A DNA stretch of 44,100 nucleotides from Promethearchaeota archaeon (GTDB lineage: Archaea; Asgardarchaeota; Lokiarchaeia; Sigyniarchaeales; SOKP01). The stretch is from NCBI GenBank assembly GCA_048939445.1, contig JBHLPN010000002.1, positions 1 through 44,100 on the forward strand, written 5' to 3'. Positions 9,475 through 18,841 of this stretch are shown here, in pieces (position 1 is the stretch's first letter; each line of letters begins with the position of its first letter). The position numbers and the translations under genes are program-made. Below the pieces are notes generated by a model that saw only the letters and a list, made by a program, of their open reading frames with translations, was not told where the DNA came from and did no database searches.

Positions 9475-10653
9475 GTGATTAAGATTACAAGTCAAAATGA
9501 GTTTACAACTAAATATATTATAGAAGTTAAATATGCCATTAAGGGTGTTGTTGAGAAATCAGATATAGTTGGAGCTATTTTTGGACAGACTGAAGGCTTA
9601 CTTTTGGATCTCGATTTAAGAGATCTTCAAAAATCTGGAAGAATTGGTAGAATTGAAGTAGAAACCGCGACAAAAGAGGGTGTTTCTAAAGGGATTATTA
9701 AAATTCCATCCTCATTAACCAGAAAAGAAACGGCTCTATTAGCAGCGACGGTTGAAACTGTTTCTCGCGTTGGTCCCTGTGAAGCAGAATTTTCTCTTTT
9801 TGATATTCGAGATGTTCGTGAAAAAAAAAGAAAGAAAATCATAGCAAGAGCGACAGAGCTTTTAAAAGAATGGGATCAAAAATCTTTAGAACAGAGCGAA
9901 ATTGAAGAAAAGATTGATAAAGATATTAAACTAGGAGAAATTATCTCATGGGGTTCAGAACATCTCCCTGCCGGTCCAGAAATAGAAAATAACCCCGATT
10001 TAATAATTGTTGAAGGACGAGCTGATGTTTTAAATCTATTAAGGATAGGAGTTAAAAATACGATTGCTGTACAGGGAACCCAAATCCCTAAATCAGTAAT
10101 CGAATTAACTAAACAAAAAAAAAAAGTAACAGCTTTCGTTGACGGAGATCGTGGTGGATCAATCATTTTTAATGAACTCTTACAAGTTGCTAAAATTGAC
10201 CAAGTAGCTAGAGCTCCTGATGGTTTCGAAGTTGAAGAATTAACAAGAAAACAAATGATAAAATCCTTACAAAATGCAAAACCAGTAAAAACCTCTAAAG
10301 AAAAAGGTGTAATTGAGAATGAATATGGAAAAATTAATGGAAATCTTCAGAAAATTCTAAAAAAATTGAAAATTAAAGATGTAAATATGATAATCGATGC
10401 AATTAAGAATATTAAAGCAGGTTTTGCTATTGGTTTTAATAAGAATCTCGAAAAATTATTTGATATTCCAGTTGGAGAAATTTTTGAAAAAATTAGGAAC
10501 TTTAATGACATCCAATTTTTAATTATTGATGGAATTTTATCAAAAAGACTTCTCTCACTTTCAATAAATTTAAAAATTAAATTCATTGCTAGTAAAAATA
10601 TAGAAGAAAATCTTAAGATCCCACATCATATTTCTGTGTATTTTATTAAATGA
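9475..10653 (+). CDS. dnaG: Archaeal DnaG primase (Toprim domain)
   Basis: 392 aa, GTG start. VVEKSDIVGAIFGQTEGLL at the N-terminus. Toprim motifs IIVEGRADVLNL and DGDRGG. Confidence 0.9.
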   Translation: MIKITSQNEFTTKYIIEVKYAIKGVVEKSDIVGAIFGQTEGLLLDLDLRDLQKSGRIGRIEVETATKEGVSKGIIKIPSSLTRKETALLAATVETVSRVGPCEAEFSLFDIRDVREKKRKKIIARATELLKEWDQKSLEQSEIEEKIDKDIKLGEIISWGSEHLPAGPEIENNPDLIIVEGRADVLNLLRIGVKNTIAVQGTQIPKSVIELTKQKKKVTAFVDGDRGGSIIFNELLQVAKIDQVARAPDGFEVEELTRKQMIKSLQNAKPVKTSKEKGVIENEYGKINGNLQKILKKLKIKDVNMIIDAIKNIKAGFAIGFNKNLEKLFDIPVGEIFEKIRNFNDIQFLIIDGILSKRLLSLSINLKIKFIASKNIEENLKIPHHISVYFIK

Positions 10654-10672
10654 TTAATTCTCTTTATGAGAA

Positions 10673-10930
10673 TCAACCAATAGGCATTGCTACAGAAAAG
10701 ATTAATTGTATTATATATGAAACTGCACCTAAAATCAAAACTCCTATACCACATATTTTAAAAACTAGTAAGTAGTCTTTTCTTTTAGGTTTGCTCGCAA
10801 TTTTCATTATCCTTTTTGAATTTTGAAAAAAGATAACTAACCTTTCATACAAACCTGGTTTCTTTTGCTTTTCACTTTTAGCGTATTTTTCATATTTTGG
10901 GTATTGAGACACAATAAAAAAAAAGTACAT
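10673..10930 (-). CDS. secE: Protein translocase subunit SecE / Sec61-gamma
   Basis: 85 aa. KPKRKDYLLVFKICGIGVLILGAVSYIIQLI matches the SecE KPt..Ey..v.k..g.G....G..g.iI pattern. Single C-terminal TM. Confidence 0.7.
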   Translation of the reverse strand: MYFFFIVSQYPKYEKYAKSEKQKKPGLYERLVIFFQNSKRIMKIASKPKRKDYLLVFKICGIGVLILGAVSYIIQLIFSVAMPIG

Positions 10931-10973
10931 TTAGATAAAAAGTTAACTTTTAAGAGTGGTATCTAATTCCTTA

Positions 10974-11864
10974 TTAAATAATTTCAAGTATATTTGATAT
11001 AAATAACTCTTTGTCAAACAACTCTAAATCGTCATATCCTTGTCCTACACCACACCACAGAATTGGTTTCTTTGTTTCATAGGAAATTGACAAGGCAGCA
11101 CCACCTTTAGCATCAGCATCAAGTTTAGTTAAAATATTAGCATCAATACCTACATGTTTTTTAAATTCTTTTGCCTGAAAAAGAGCATCGTTGCCTGCCA
11201 AACTATCTCCAACAAAAATAACCAAATCAGGTTGAGCAACTCTGCATATTTTTTGTATTTCTATCATCAGGTTTTTATCTGTGACTTGTCTTCCGGCTGT
11301 ATCGACTAAAACAACATCAATTTTTCTTGCTTTAGCGTGTTCGATAGCGTCATAAGCAACAGAAGCAGGATCAGATTTATATTCATGCTTTATAACTCTT
11401 ATTCCCACATTTTCCATATGATAAGATAATTGTTCAATTGCAGCTGCACGAAATGTGTCTGCAGCTGCTGCTACAACTGAGAATCCTTTTTTTTTTAAAA
11501 AATGAGCAACTTTAGCCATAGTAGTAGTTTTTCCTGTGCCATTAACTCCAAGAAATACAATCACATAAGGCTGACTTTTTTTTTTAATTTCTGCAAGTAA
11601 ATCAATTTCTTCTTCAGGTGTTAAGATCTCAGTAATTGTTTCCTTTAAAGTTTCGAATAAGACTTTTTGGGTTGACGCTAATCGGCCTATTTGTTCTCCC
11701 TGAAAAGATTCAATGATTTTATTGCAGATTTCATCTGCGGTGTCGATAGCCACATCATTACTCAAAAGAAGTAATTTAAGTTCGTTAATCGCATTATCTA
11801 ACTTCTTTTCTGTTAAAGTTTTTTTAACAAATGATGAAAAAACGTTCTTTAGCTTTTCTAGCAT
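10974..11864 (-). CDS. ftsY: Signal recognition particle receptor FtsY
   Basis: 296 aa. GVNGTGKTTT, DTAGR, TKLD SRP-GTPase motifs. Confidence 0.95.
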   Translation of the reverse strand: MLEKLKNVFSSFVKKTLTEKKLDNAINELKLLLLSNDVAIDTADEICNKIIESFQGEQIGRLASTQKVLFETLKETITEILTPEEEIDLLAEIKKKSQPYVIVFLGVNGTGKTTTMAKVAHFLKKKGFSVVAAAADTFRAAAIEQLSYHMENVGIRVIKHEYKSDPASVAYDAIEHAKARKIDVVLVDTAGRQVTDKNLMIEIQKICRVAQPDLVIFVGDSLAGNDALFQAKEFKKHVGIDANILTKLDADAKGGAALSISYETKKPILWCGVGQGYDDLELFDKELFISNILEII

Positions 11865-11930
11865 TTATTTCTCCATAGATCTTTAAATCATAATTAAGAA
11901 TATAACAAGATTGAAGCAAAAAATCTATTT

Positions 11931-12341
11931 TTATGTATAACCCTTTTGAATATTTTGAGAAATTTCTTGGAGGTTTACATCAATATTTTGTAATTGCGTT
12001 GTTAGAAATTGAATTTGATTATTATGTTGTTCGATGAGTTTATCAAGAAATTGAATTGTTCCTTCTAAATCTTTTTCTATTATAACATCTTGTGTAACAG
12101 AAAGTAAAACCTTTTTTGTTTCTTTAATCGACGCTTTCAAATTTATTAGACCTCCAATTGGTACTAATATCTCGTCATCTTCGTTTACTCCCTCTTTTAG
12201 ATTTTCTACTGTATTTTTTGTATTAATAATATTACCTAGTGAAGCATTTATGATTTCTAATTGTCCACGAAACATATCCCGTTGTTCCTTTAAATAGCGA
12301 AACTTTATTATTTGTTCTTGATATTCTTGAGGTGGTTCCAT
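11931..12341 (-). CDS. pfdA: Prefoldin alpha subunit
   Basis: 136 aa coiled-coil protein with a central hairpin segment (ILVPIGGLINLKASI). Sits at the conserved position between LX and ftsY. Confidence 0.8.
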   Translation of the reverse strand: MEPPQEYQEQIIKFRYLKEQRDMFRGQLEIINASLGNIINTKNTVENLKEGVNEDDEILVPIGGLINLKASIKETKKVLLSVTQDVIIEKDLEGTIQFLDKLIEQHNNQIQFLTTQLQNIDVNLQEISQNIQKGYT

Positions 12342-12373
12342 TATTATCTAATTTTTTATTAATTATTTTCTTA

Positions 12374-12601
12374 TTATTCCGATAATTCTCGAATAAGGTG
12401 ATCTTGAGATTCTTCCAGAGATATTTCTTTTATTTCTTGAATGTTAATTTGACGCCTATATATACCAATTGAAGTAATTTGACTTAACACCTTTTCAACA
12501 GCATCTTCCTCTTTTAAAGAACGTACTTCTTTTCTAAAAAGGTATTTTTTATGATTTTTTTTGTAATTACCAATAATTCTGTAAATTTTAATCTCTGACA
12601 T
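12374..12601 (-). CDS. rplX: Ribosomal protein LX (eL20 / L18Ae family)
   Basis: 75 aa. FRKEVRSLKEEDAVEKVLSQITS...INIQEIKEI resembles archaeal LX. Conserved synteny eIF6-LX-pfdA. Confidence 0.7.
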   Translation of the reverse strand: MSEIKIYRIIGNYKKNHKKYLFRKEVRSLKEEDAVEKVLSQITSIGIYRRQINIQEIKEISLEESQDHLIRELSE

Positions 12602-12733
12602 AACTTATTATAACCACTGTTTCAAAGCTATTAAAATAGCATAATTTTTGAAAAAATATTAAATTTTGTATTTTTTCCACAGTTAGAATAAAAAAAAATG
12701 GTTTCCATGATGCTCTAATTCATTATACAAAGC

Positions 12734-13402
12734 TTACAAGCGTAAGACACTTGTAATTCGCATCATTTCTGGACCTGTACAATCAATACCAAAAATCCCG
12801 CTCCTATCATTAACAATTGCTCCTGAACTCAAATATGGTATCCCACGATTAACTGTTGATACATCAACTTCATCAACTTTTAAAATAGAAGAAATAAACT
12901 CGATTTCTTCATCATTAGATAAGGGATGAATTAAGCAACCATAATTATTGGCTAATGATATTGAACCAGGTAGATAATAATTTGCAAATTCATAAACCAC
13001 TGTCTCAACATTTAAAATATCTTCAATCTCAGTTTTATAATTTTCTAAAAAAGAACTAATTATCGCACCTTTGTCATTACATAAGATTAAATTTCCAAAT
13101 GCATTATCGATAGATTTCAATATTCCAATATTGCTTGACTCATTCATATATGATTTTAACTTATTAAGCTCATCTTCTCTTATAATGTGTGGTACGATGA
13201 TGCCATACTTATTTGACGCAGTATATACTCCTAATAAATTGGAATTGTTAATGGTTAATGGATAAAAGGGCTCCTCAAAAACATGTTTGAATTTTTTAAG
13301 TGTTGGTTTTAATAGTGTTGGAGGATAAAGAATGTATGAATTATTGGCTACTAAATATACCCCAATCAAACCTTTACCAAAAATTTGAGTCTTAATAATC
13401 AT
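12734..13402 (-). CDS. eif6: Translation initiation factor 6 (aIF6)
   Basis: 222 aa with a pentein-repeat pattern (IGVYLVANNSYILYP, GVYTASNKYGIIVP, GNLILCNDKGAII, LANNYGCLIHP, GAIVNDRSGIFG). Confidence 0.9.
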   Translation of the reverse strand: MIIKTQIFGKGLIGVYLVANNSYILYPPTLLKPTLKKFKHVFEEPFYPLTINNSNLLGVYTASNKYGIIVPHIIREDELNKLKSYMNESSNIGILKSIDNAFGNLILCNDKGAIISSFLENYKTEIEDILNVETVVYEFANYYLPGSISLANNYGCLIHPLSNDEEIEFISSILKVDEVDVSTVNRGIPYLSSGAIVNDRSGIFGIDCTGPEMMRITSVLRL

Positions 13403-13456
13403 AAATGTTCTAAAAAGAGCGTATTTTATTAAAAATATTTTTTAATTTATTAAATC

Positions 13457-13912
13457 TTAACCTAAATAGACAACTACTAATCCATCTATATTTTTGGTTG
13501 CCCTAACTTTTAATTTTCTTGGTGGTTTCTGTATTCCGTGTTGCCAGATACGCTCATTAACTTCCTGAGTAATTACTAGTGATTCTGGTTTAAAATGACG
13601 CGTCATATATTCTCTTAGATATTTAACTGCTTTTTTAGCTCGTTTATTTCTAGGACCTTTACGAGCTTTAGCAAGAGGGATTGTGTATATCCTCTCATCT
13701 ATGATTTCTTCTTTAGGAACTTCTTCTTCTTCAATTAATTCTCTTTCTTCAAATTCTTCTTCAAATATTTCACTTATTTCTTCTTCTTCAGAAATTTCAT
13801 CTAAACTAAATTCTTCGATCTCCTCAATTTCCTCTTCCATTTCAGATTCTCCAGAATCTACCAATTCTTCTTCTAGATCATCTAGATTAATTTCTTTTTC
13901 TTTTTTTGCCAT
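13457..13912 (-). CDS. rpl31e: Ribosomal protein L31e with a ~70 aa acidic N-terminal extension
   Basis: The C-terminal 80 aa (RIYTIPLAKARKGPRNKRAKKAVKYLREYMTRHFK...VRATKNIDGLVVVYL) is canonical eL31. The N-terminus is a Glu-rich low-complexity tract. Confidence 0.85.
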   Translation of the reverse strand: MAKKEKEINLDDLEEELVDSGESEMEEEIEEIEEFSLDEISEEEEISEIFEEEFEERELIEEEEVPKEEIIDERIYTIPLAKARKGPRNKRAKKAVKYLREYMTRHFKPESLVITQEVNERIWQHGIQKPPRKLKVRATKNIDGLVVVYLG

Positions 13913-13940
13913 AATATTTCAATCTAATAATAAATTCTAT

Positions 13941-14102
13941 CTAATCTCGTTTTAATTTTGTATTCCTCCATGTTCTCCTCGAGAGAGGGCTCTCTCTCAC
14001 TTTACGATTTGTCTTTATCATAACCCAGTTTGGAGGTGTTTGACTTTGCTTCATTTTTTTTGCTCTACGTAATTTTGATCCTAAATTTTTGTTACGAGCC
14101 AT
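13941..14102 (-). CDS. rpl39e: Ribosomal protein L39e
   Basis: Below the ORF-track size cutoff. My translation is MARNKNLGSKLRRAKKMKQSQTPPNWVMIKTNRKVRESPLSRRTWRNTKLKRD*, 53 aa. This matches the eL39 pattern (..P.WV..KTNR.V...P.RR.WRR.KL), and it sits in the conserved position upstream of L31e. Confidence 0.85.
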   Translation of the reverse strand: MARNKNLGSKLRRAKKMKQSQTPPNWVMIKTNRKVRESPLSRRTWRNTKLKRD

Positions 14103-14121
14103 TTTCCTTATCTTCTTTTAA

Positions 14122-14463
14122 TTATTTTTTAATATTAAATTCTTTTTTTCTTTCAAAAGAAGAAATTTGTTTTAAAAGTTTCTTGAATGCATTATCTGGT
14201 AAAGGTGTGGCCCCTCTTAGTTGTCCTGATTGAAATAATTGAATCAATTGTAGTTCTATTTGTTCAGCAAATTGTGGTTTAACCATTCGTATATTTTCTA
14301 ATCTCTGTCTACCTTCTGGTGACAAAATTTTACGCATTATTTGATATTTCTTTTCTTCAAAATCTCTTTGTTGAGCTTCTGCTATTTGCTGATGTGCTGC
14401 TTGTTGTTTTAATTCTTCTAATCTTCTTCTTCTAATTTCATCTAATTCTTCGTCGTTGCTCAC
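14122..14463 (-). CDS. PDCD5/TFAR19-like dsDNA-binding protein
   Basis: 113 aa. RRRRLEELKQQ...ILSPEGRQRLENIRMVKPQFAEQIELQLIQLFQSGQL is typical of the dsDNA_bind family. Confidence 0.8.
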   Translation of the reverse strand: MSNDEELDEIRRRRLEELKQQAAHQQIAEAQQRDFEEKKYQIMRKILSPEGRQRLENIRMVKPQFAEQIELQLIQLFQSGQLRGATPLPDNAFKKLLKQISSFERKKEFNIKK

Positions 14464-14488
14464 TCTAAATCCCTAAATCATTCAAGTT

Positions 14489-14914
14489 TTATTTTTTATG
14501 TCGTGTAATTCCATATGCCATTCTTTCTAATAAACTGGTTCCTTCAGCAGTAACAACTCTGCCTTCTTTTTCCTTTTTATCAAGCAAATTTGCATTTTCC
14601 AATTGCTGCAATGCCACTCTTATAATTTTACCACTTCCTTTAGCAGAATGATTAAGCCCCGATCCTTTCCTATTTCTCCCTCCATAAAATTTCCTAAGCT
14701 TGTTTACCCCTATTGGCCCATATTTCTTCACTTTTCTAAGAATTGAAGCACATCTGATATACCAAAAATTTTCAGAATCTTGTGGTGCTAATTCTTTAAA
14801 AAATGCGGTTTTCCAAAATTCTGAACCTTCAGGAGGTGAAATTTCAGGATACTCCCTAAGTTTTTCTGCAATTACTTCAACAAGTTTTTCTGGTTGAACG
14901 ACATATATGGACAT
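14489..14914 (-). CDS. rps19e: Ribosomal protein S19e
   Basis: 141 aa. WYIRCASILRKVKKYGPIGVNKLRKFYGGRNRKG and IIRVALQQLE motifs. Confidence 0.9.
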   Translation of the reverse strand: MSIYVVQPEKLVEVIAEKLREYPEISPPEGSEFWKTAFFKELAPQDSENFWYIRCASILRKVKKYGPIGVNKLRKFYGGRNRKGSGLNHSAKGSGKIIRVALQQLENANLLDKKEKEGRVVTAEGTSLLERMAYGITRHKK

Positions 14915-15009
14915 GTTAATCTTTAATTCTATCCTTCTTTATTAAATATAATACGTTTTAAAAGTCAGAATAGATTAAAAATTTTTCGTATTTTCTGTGT
15001 TCTGAGACC

Positions 15010-15282
15010 ATGAGTTATCAAAAGGAATTTAAAAAAGCTTTACTTTCACAACCACATTGCATTTTAGGTAAACATGGTATATCAGATGAGTTTATTGGTC
15101 ATGTCGCCAAGTTATTAAAGAGATATAAAATAATAAAGGTAAAAGCATTAAAGTCTGTTGCTACTAAGTTAAATATAAAAGAATTAGCTCAAAAAATCTC
15201 GAAATTGACAAACTCTTATTTATTAGATATTAGAGGAAAAATTTTCATACTTTCTTTATATGACATTAGAAAGCCTAATTAA
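15010..15282 (+). CDS. YhbY/CRM-domain RNA-binding protein
   Basis: 90 aa. LGKHGISDEFIGHVAKLLKRYKIIKVK fits the CRS1/YhbY pattern (iGk.G.....i......l....liKvk). Confidence 0.75.
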   Translation: MSYQKEFKKALLSQPHCILGKHGISDEFIGHVAKLLKRYKIIKVKALKSVATKLNIKELAQKISKLTNSYLLDIRGKIFILSLYDIRKPN

Positions 15283-15304
15283 AAATGTTATCAAAATAAT
15301 TTAA

Positions 15305-15649
15305 ATGCCTAAACGTAATAAAAATATTAAATATATAGTAAAAAAAATTGCAAATTCCCGAATGCTTTATTTATTTCAGAAAGCTCATGAAGTTTTTCCT
15401 AAAAATAAGGCTTTAGCAAATCGATATACTTATTTAGCAAGACGTTATGCTCAAAGAGCTAAGATTAAAATTCCATTTGAGTGGAAAAAACGTATATGTC
15501 ATAAATGTAAAATATTTTTATACCCCGGGGTGAATTATAGAGTTAGATTGCATTCTCATAAAGGAAAAGGATCTCATGTATCTATAACTTGCTTTGAGTG
15601 TAATAGAACTACACGTTATTTCATTAATTTAAAAAATGAAAATAAATAA
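15305..15649 (+). CDS. rnp4: RNase P protein component 4 (Rpp21/Rpr2 family)
   Basis: 114 aa. LARRYAQRAKIKIP then zinc ribbon CHKC...RVRL...CFECN. Confidence 0.8.
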   Translation: MPKRNKNIKYIVKKIANSRMLYLFQKAHEVFPKNKALANRYTYLARRYAQRAKIKIPFEWKKRICHKCKIFLYPGVNYRVRLHSHKGKGSHVSITCFECNRTTRYFINLKNENK

Positions 15650-15684
15650 TGTTATTATTGTAAACTAATTATGGGAAACTGAAA

Positions 15685-16359
15685 ATGCCATTGATCTTGA
15701 TTCTGGTTGAATGTGGATTAGAATTAATTCCAAAACATATTAGAGGTCATCCTGCTGTTAAGAAAAATTTGTCATCAAGGATTTACTCTTCACATCTCTT
15801 AGATAATGCCCTACACCTTTCTGCTATGACAAACTTGAAAAATAAAGAAAAGAGAGGACGACCAGATATAATCCATAATTGTTTACTTAATGCTTTAGGA
15901 TCTCCTCTAAATAAAAATGGAAATTTAAAACTATATATTCATACAATTAATGATAAAATCTTTGAATTCAATCCAAAAATCAGAATCGCAAGAAATTATA
16001 ACCGATTCAAAGGCTTAATGGCTAAATTGTTAATAGATGGAAGTATAGAAACAGAAAATTCAAGATTAATAACAATGTTTGAAGGGAATTTAAAGAATCT
16101 CATAACTACATTTGAAAATCCTGAAATTTATCTCTTATCGCGTAAGGGTAAGTTAATAAACAATTTTAAAGAATTGTTTACTGAAGATTTTTCAAAGAAT
16201 TATATTGTATTTATTGGTGGATTTCAAAAAAGTAGTTTCTCAAAAGAGATTACTAGTCTCTCAGAAAAAATAATATCTGTGTCTCAACACTCATTAGATG
16301 CATGGATCGTTACCAATAGAATAATAACATATTACGAGCTAACGTATAAAATCCTTTAA
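15685..16359 (+). CDS. nep1: Ribosomal RNA small subunit methyltransferase Nep1 (EMG1)
   Basis: 224 aa. LVECGLELIPK and RGRPDIIHNCLLNALGSPLNK SPOUT/EMG1 motifs. Confidence 0.85.
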   Translation: MPLILILVECGLELIPKHIRGHPAVKKNLSSRIYSSHLLDNALHLSAMTNLKNKEKRGRPDIIHNCLLNALGSPLNKNGNLKLYIHTINDKIFEFNPKIRIARNYNRFKGLMAKLLIDGSIETENSRLITMFEGNLKNLITTFENPEIYLLSRKGKLINNFKELFTEDFSKNYIVFIGGFQKSSFSKEITSLSEKIISVSQHSLDAWIVTNRIITYYELTYKIL

Positions 16360-16421
16360 AATAGCTAAAGTTATAAGAAATGGTATATTTTTAATCTTAC
16401 ACTATTTTCTAAATTTTTCAA

Positions 16422-16493
16422 GCGCGATTAGTCTAGTGGTCAGGATCTCGGCCTTCCAAGCCGATGACCCGGGTTCAATTCCCGGATCGCGCA
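16422..16493 (+). tRNA. tRNA-Gly (anticodon UCC), no encoded CCA
   Basis: Folded by hand. Acceptor GCGCGAT/ATCGCGC. Anticodon stem TCGGC/GCCGA with loop CTTCCAA (UCC at positions 34-36). T arm CCGGG-TTCAATT-CCCGG. Discriminator A. It is a GC-rich island in AT-rich DNA. Confidence 0.9.
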
Positions 16494-16654
16494 TATATAA
16501 GCTTTTAGACTTATTTAAGAGCGATTTTCTTAGAAAAAAATATTCGTAAAAGAACAGTTTCACGAATATTATTTCGTTAGAAAATGCGAAATAAATTGAT
16601 AAATTAATATTTCATAGATTATTAAAAGCACTTTGAGTAATTTAACTAATAAGA

Positions 16655-17122
16655 GTGATAAATATGCAAAAATCAAAAATAGAGATTGGATCATTTTTTA
16701 TACTTTTTATGGCAATGTATATCATAGTACTGTCATTGTTGTGGATATTTTTAACTGAAATAATGTTTGTGAGTGATTTTGCACATGTCACAGGCTATGA
16801 ATTTAGCGAACATCCTGACATTGTCTTAACTGGATTTTATATTATAACAAAAAAGTTAATTGGATTTATTCTTTTAGCGAATGGGTCTATGATTCTTTTA
16901 ATAAATCAAAAAAGTTTTCGTAAAGCTGAAAAATGGTCTTGGTATGCACTTCTAATTGGAGGAGGAGTATCTTGGGGTACTTTTATAGTATATAAAATCT
17001 TTATAGGATATATAGGATTAAGTATGATTACATTCGCAGTTGGAGCAACCCTTCTAGTAATTGGGTTAGCTTTTCCAGCTAAGGCAATCTTGGGCAACAA
17101 ATCAACTGAAATGGCTAGATAG
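16655..17122 (+). CDS. Hypothetical integral membrane protein (about 4 TM)
   Basis: 155 aa hydrophobic ORF (GTG start, alternative ATG at 16664). No recognisable family. Confidence 0.5.
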   Translation: MINMQKSKIEIGSFFILFMAMYIIVLSLLWIFLTEIMFVSDFAHVTGYEFSEHPDIVLTGFYIITKKLIGFILLANGSMILLINQKSFRKAEKWSWYALLIGGGVSWGTFIVYKIFIGYIGLSMITFAVGATLLVIGLAFPAKAILGNKSTEMAR

Positions 17123-17222
17123 TACTTAAATTAAATGATTATAATATTTTTTTCTTTATTCTTGATATAAATGTCTTATACATTTAATATAAGATTTAAG
17201 AGAATAAAATAATTTTATATTT

Positions 17223-17429
17223 TTAAGAAAGAACTTCTAATATTTTAGTGAGAATGCGTGCTTTGCCACCTGTAGATTGCAGTAAAGTTTTTCCGCAAAC
17301 TAAACACTCTACGTCTGTTGCAGAACAACCAAAGATTATTTGTTGGTTTCCACAATTCAAACATTTTACTCGTAAAAACCTACTTTTTGGCTGAGGTATA
17401 AGTTCCTTTTCTTCCCTTTTATGTACCAT
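17223..17429 (-). CDS. rps27e: Ribosomal protein S27e
   Basis: 68 aa. C4 zinc ribbon [16 protein letters not shown]...ECLVCGKTL. Confidence 0.9.
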   Translation of the reverse strand: MVHKREEKELIPQPKSRFLRVKCLNCGNQQIIFGCSATDVECLVCGKTLLQSTGGKARILTKILEVLS

Positions 17430-17443
17430 AATTACTCAAGTTT

Positions 17444-17725
17444 TTATACTTCTTGTAATTCGAGTCGTTTTACTCGATAAGATTTAGCATACTGTTTTTT
17501 ACCACATTCAGAACACTCTAATAACGGGGTTGATTTTTTATTTATTTTACTATTTTTATGAAATATTTCTTTTGGAAAAGAACCATAACCCGCCTTTTTC
17601 CTTTCCAATCGTCTTCTACCATGATTTAGCATACGTTCCTTACCCTTTTTGTAGAGAGCTACATTGTGAATTTGATGTGAACGGCAGTTTGGGCAGTATC
17701 TCCTAATTGTTTTGGGATATTTCAA
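17444..17725 (-). CDS. rpl44e: Ribosomal protein L44e (eL42)
   Basis: 93 aa. YCPNCRSHQIH..YKKGK...RRRLERKKAGYG...CSECGKK. Confidence 0.9.
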   Translation of the reverse strand: MKYPKTIRRYCPNCRSHQIHNVALYKKGKERMLNHGRRRLERKKAGYGSFPKEIFHKNSKINKKSTPLLECSECGKKQYAKSYRVKRLELQEV

Positions 17726-17886
17726 TTTTAATAAACCACTAATATCTTATAACGTGAAATAATTATTTATAAATTTTAAATTTTATTAGTTCTGGGTAGT
17801 TCTTTTTGAATAACCATTATTTAATAAAAAATAATTTAAATCTTATTTACATAATGATAATAAAAACATGTTGAATGAGAATTTAA

Positions 17887-18804
17887 ATGTTTAGAGAGAA
17901 ATTTAGCGAAGGTATTATAAGTGCTAAGCAATTTGATCGAGACGATATTAATTACATATTGAAGAAAGGCAAAGAAATGATTAAAATCAAGAATTCAAAT
18001 CTTCTGCACGGAAAAATCTTAGCTACTTTGTTTTTTGAACCTTCGACTCGTACTCGTCTAAGTTTTGAGTCTGCTATGTATAGATTGGGAGGAAATGTTA
18101 TAGGTTTTCATTCTGGGGATGTCTCTTCGATTAAAAAAGGTGAAAGTATTGCTGATACGATAAGAACCGTTGAAAATTATTGTGATTGTATAGTAATGAG
18201 ACATTCACTTGAGGGAGCAGCAACAATGGCAGCAAAATTCACTGAAATTCCGGTAATTAATGCGGGTTCTGGAAGTGGAGAACATCCCACTCAAGCGTTA
18301 TTAGACTTACTAACAATTACTGAAGAGGTTGGCCCATTGGATGGTTTGAATATAGGTCTAATGGGGGATCTTAAGTACGGACGGACTGTTCATTCCCTTT
18401 CAATTTTGTTATCAAATTTTAATGTAAATATTTATTTCATAAGTCCTATGGAATTAAGAATGAGAAATCGTGATAAAGATTTTCTACAACAACGAGAAGT
18501 TAAATATAAAGAGATTAAAGATTATAGAAAAATTTTAAATATTTTAGATGTTCTTTATATGACTCGAATTCAAAAAGAACGTTTTGGTGATTCAGAAGAA
18601 TATGAAAGAATTAAAGACTTTTACATATTTCGACAAGAAGATCTTTTGCAAACAAAAGATAATTTTAGATTGTTGCACCCCCTTCCAAGAATTACAGAAA
18701 TATCTCCTGATGTTGATCGTTCAAAAAAAGCAATTTACTTCAAACAAACTTATTATGGAATTCCAATGAGGAAGGCACTCTTGGCTGAATTGATGACTAA
18801 ATAA
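17887..18804 (+). CDS. pyrB: Aspartate carbamoyltransferase catalytic subunit
   Basis: 305 aa. FFEPSTRTRLSFESA, HPTQALLDL, HPLPR motifs. No pyrI follows. Confidence 0.95.
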   Translation: MFREKFSEGIISAKQFDRDDINYILKKGKEMIKIKNSNLLHGKILATLFFEPSTRTRLSFESAMYRLGGNVIGFHSGDVSSIKKGESIADTIRTVENYCDCIVMRHSLEGAATMAAKFTEIPVINAGSGSGEHPTQALLDLLTITEEVGPLDGLNIGLMGDLKYGRTVHSLSILLSNFNVNIYFISPMELRMRNRDKDFLQQREVKYKEIKDYRKILNILDVLYMTRIQKERFGDSEEYERIKDFYIFRQEDLLQTKDNFRLLHPLPRITEISPDVDRSKKAIYFKQTYYGIPMRKALLAELMTK

Positions 18805-18841
18805 AATTTTATAGAACTTCCTTTCTTTTATATTTCGTATT

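Noticed and set aside
13683-13955. 90-aa Ser-rich ORF on the plus strand.
   Set aside because: It is the antisense reading of the GAA/GAG-rich acidic extension of L31e (TTC/CTC give Ser/Phe/Leu runs). It is an artefact of the repeat composition.
16539-16570. Perfect 9-bp hairpin AATATTCGT-(14 nt)-ACGAATATT, 45 nt downstream of tRNA-Gly, considered as a terminator or small RNA.
   Set aside because: Archaeal termination relies mainly on oligo-T tracts rather than hairpins. The stem is AT-rich and isolated, with no flanking conserved boxes, so there is not enough to call a feature.
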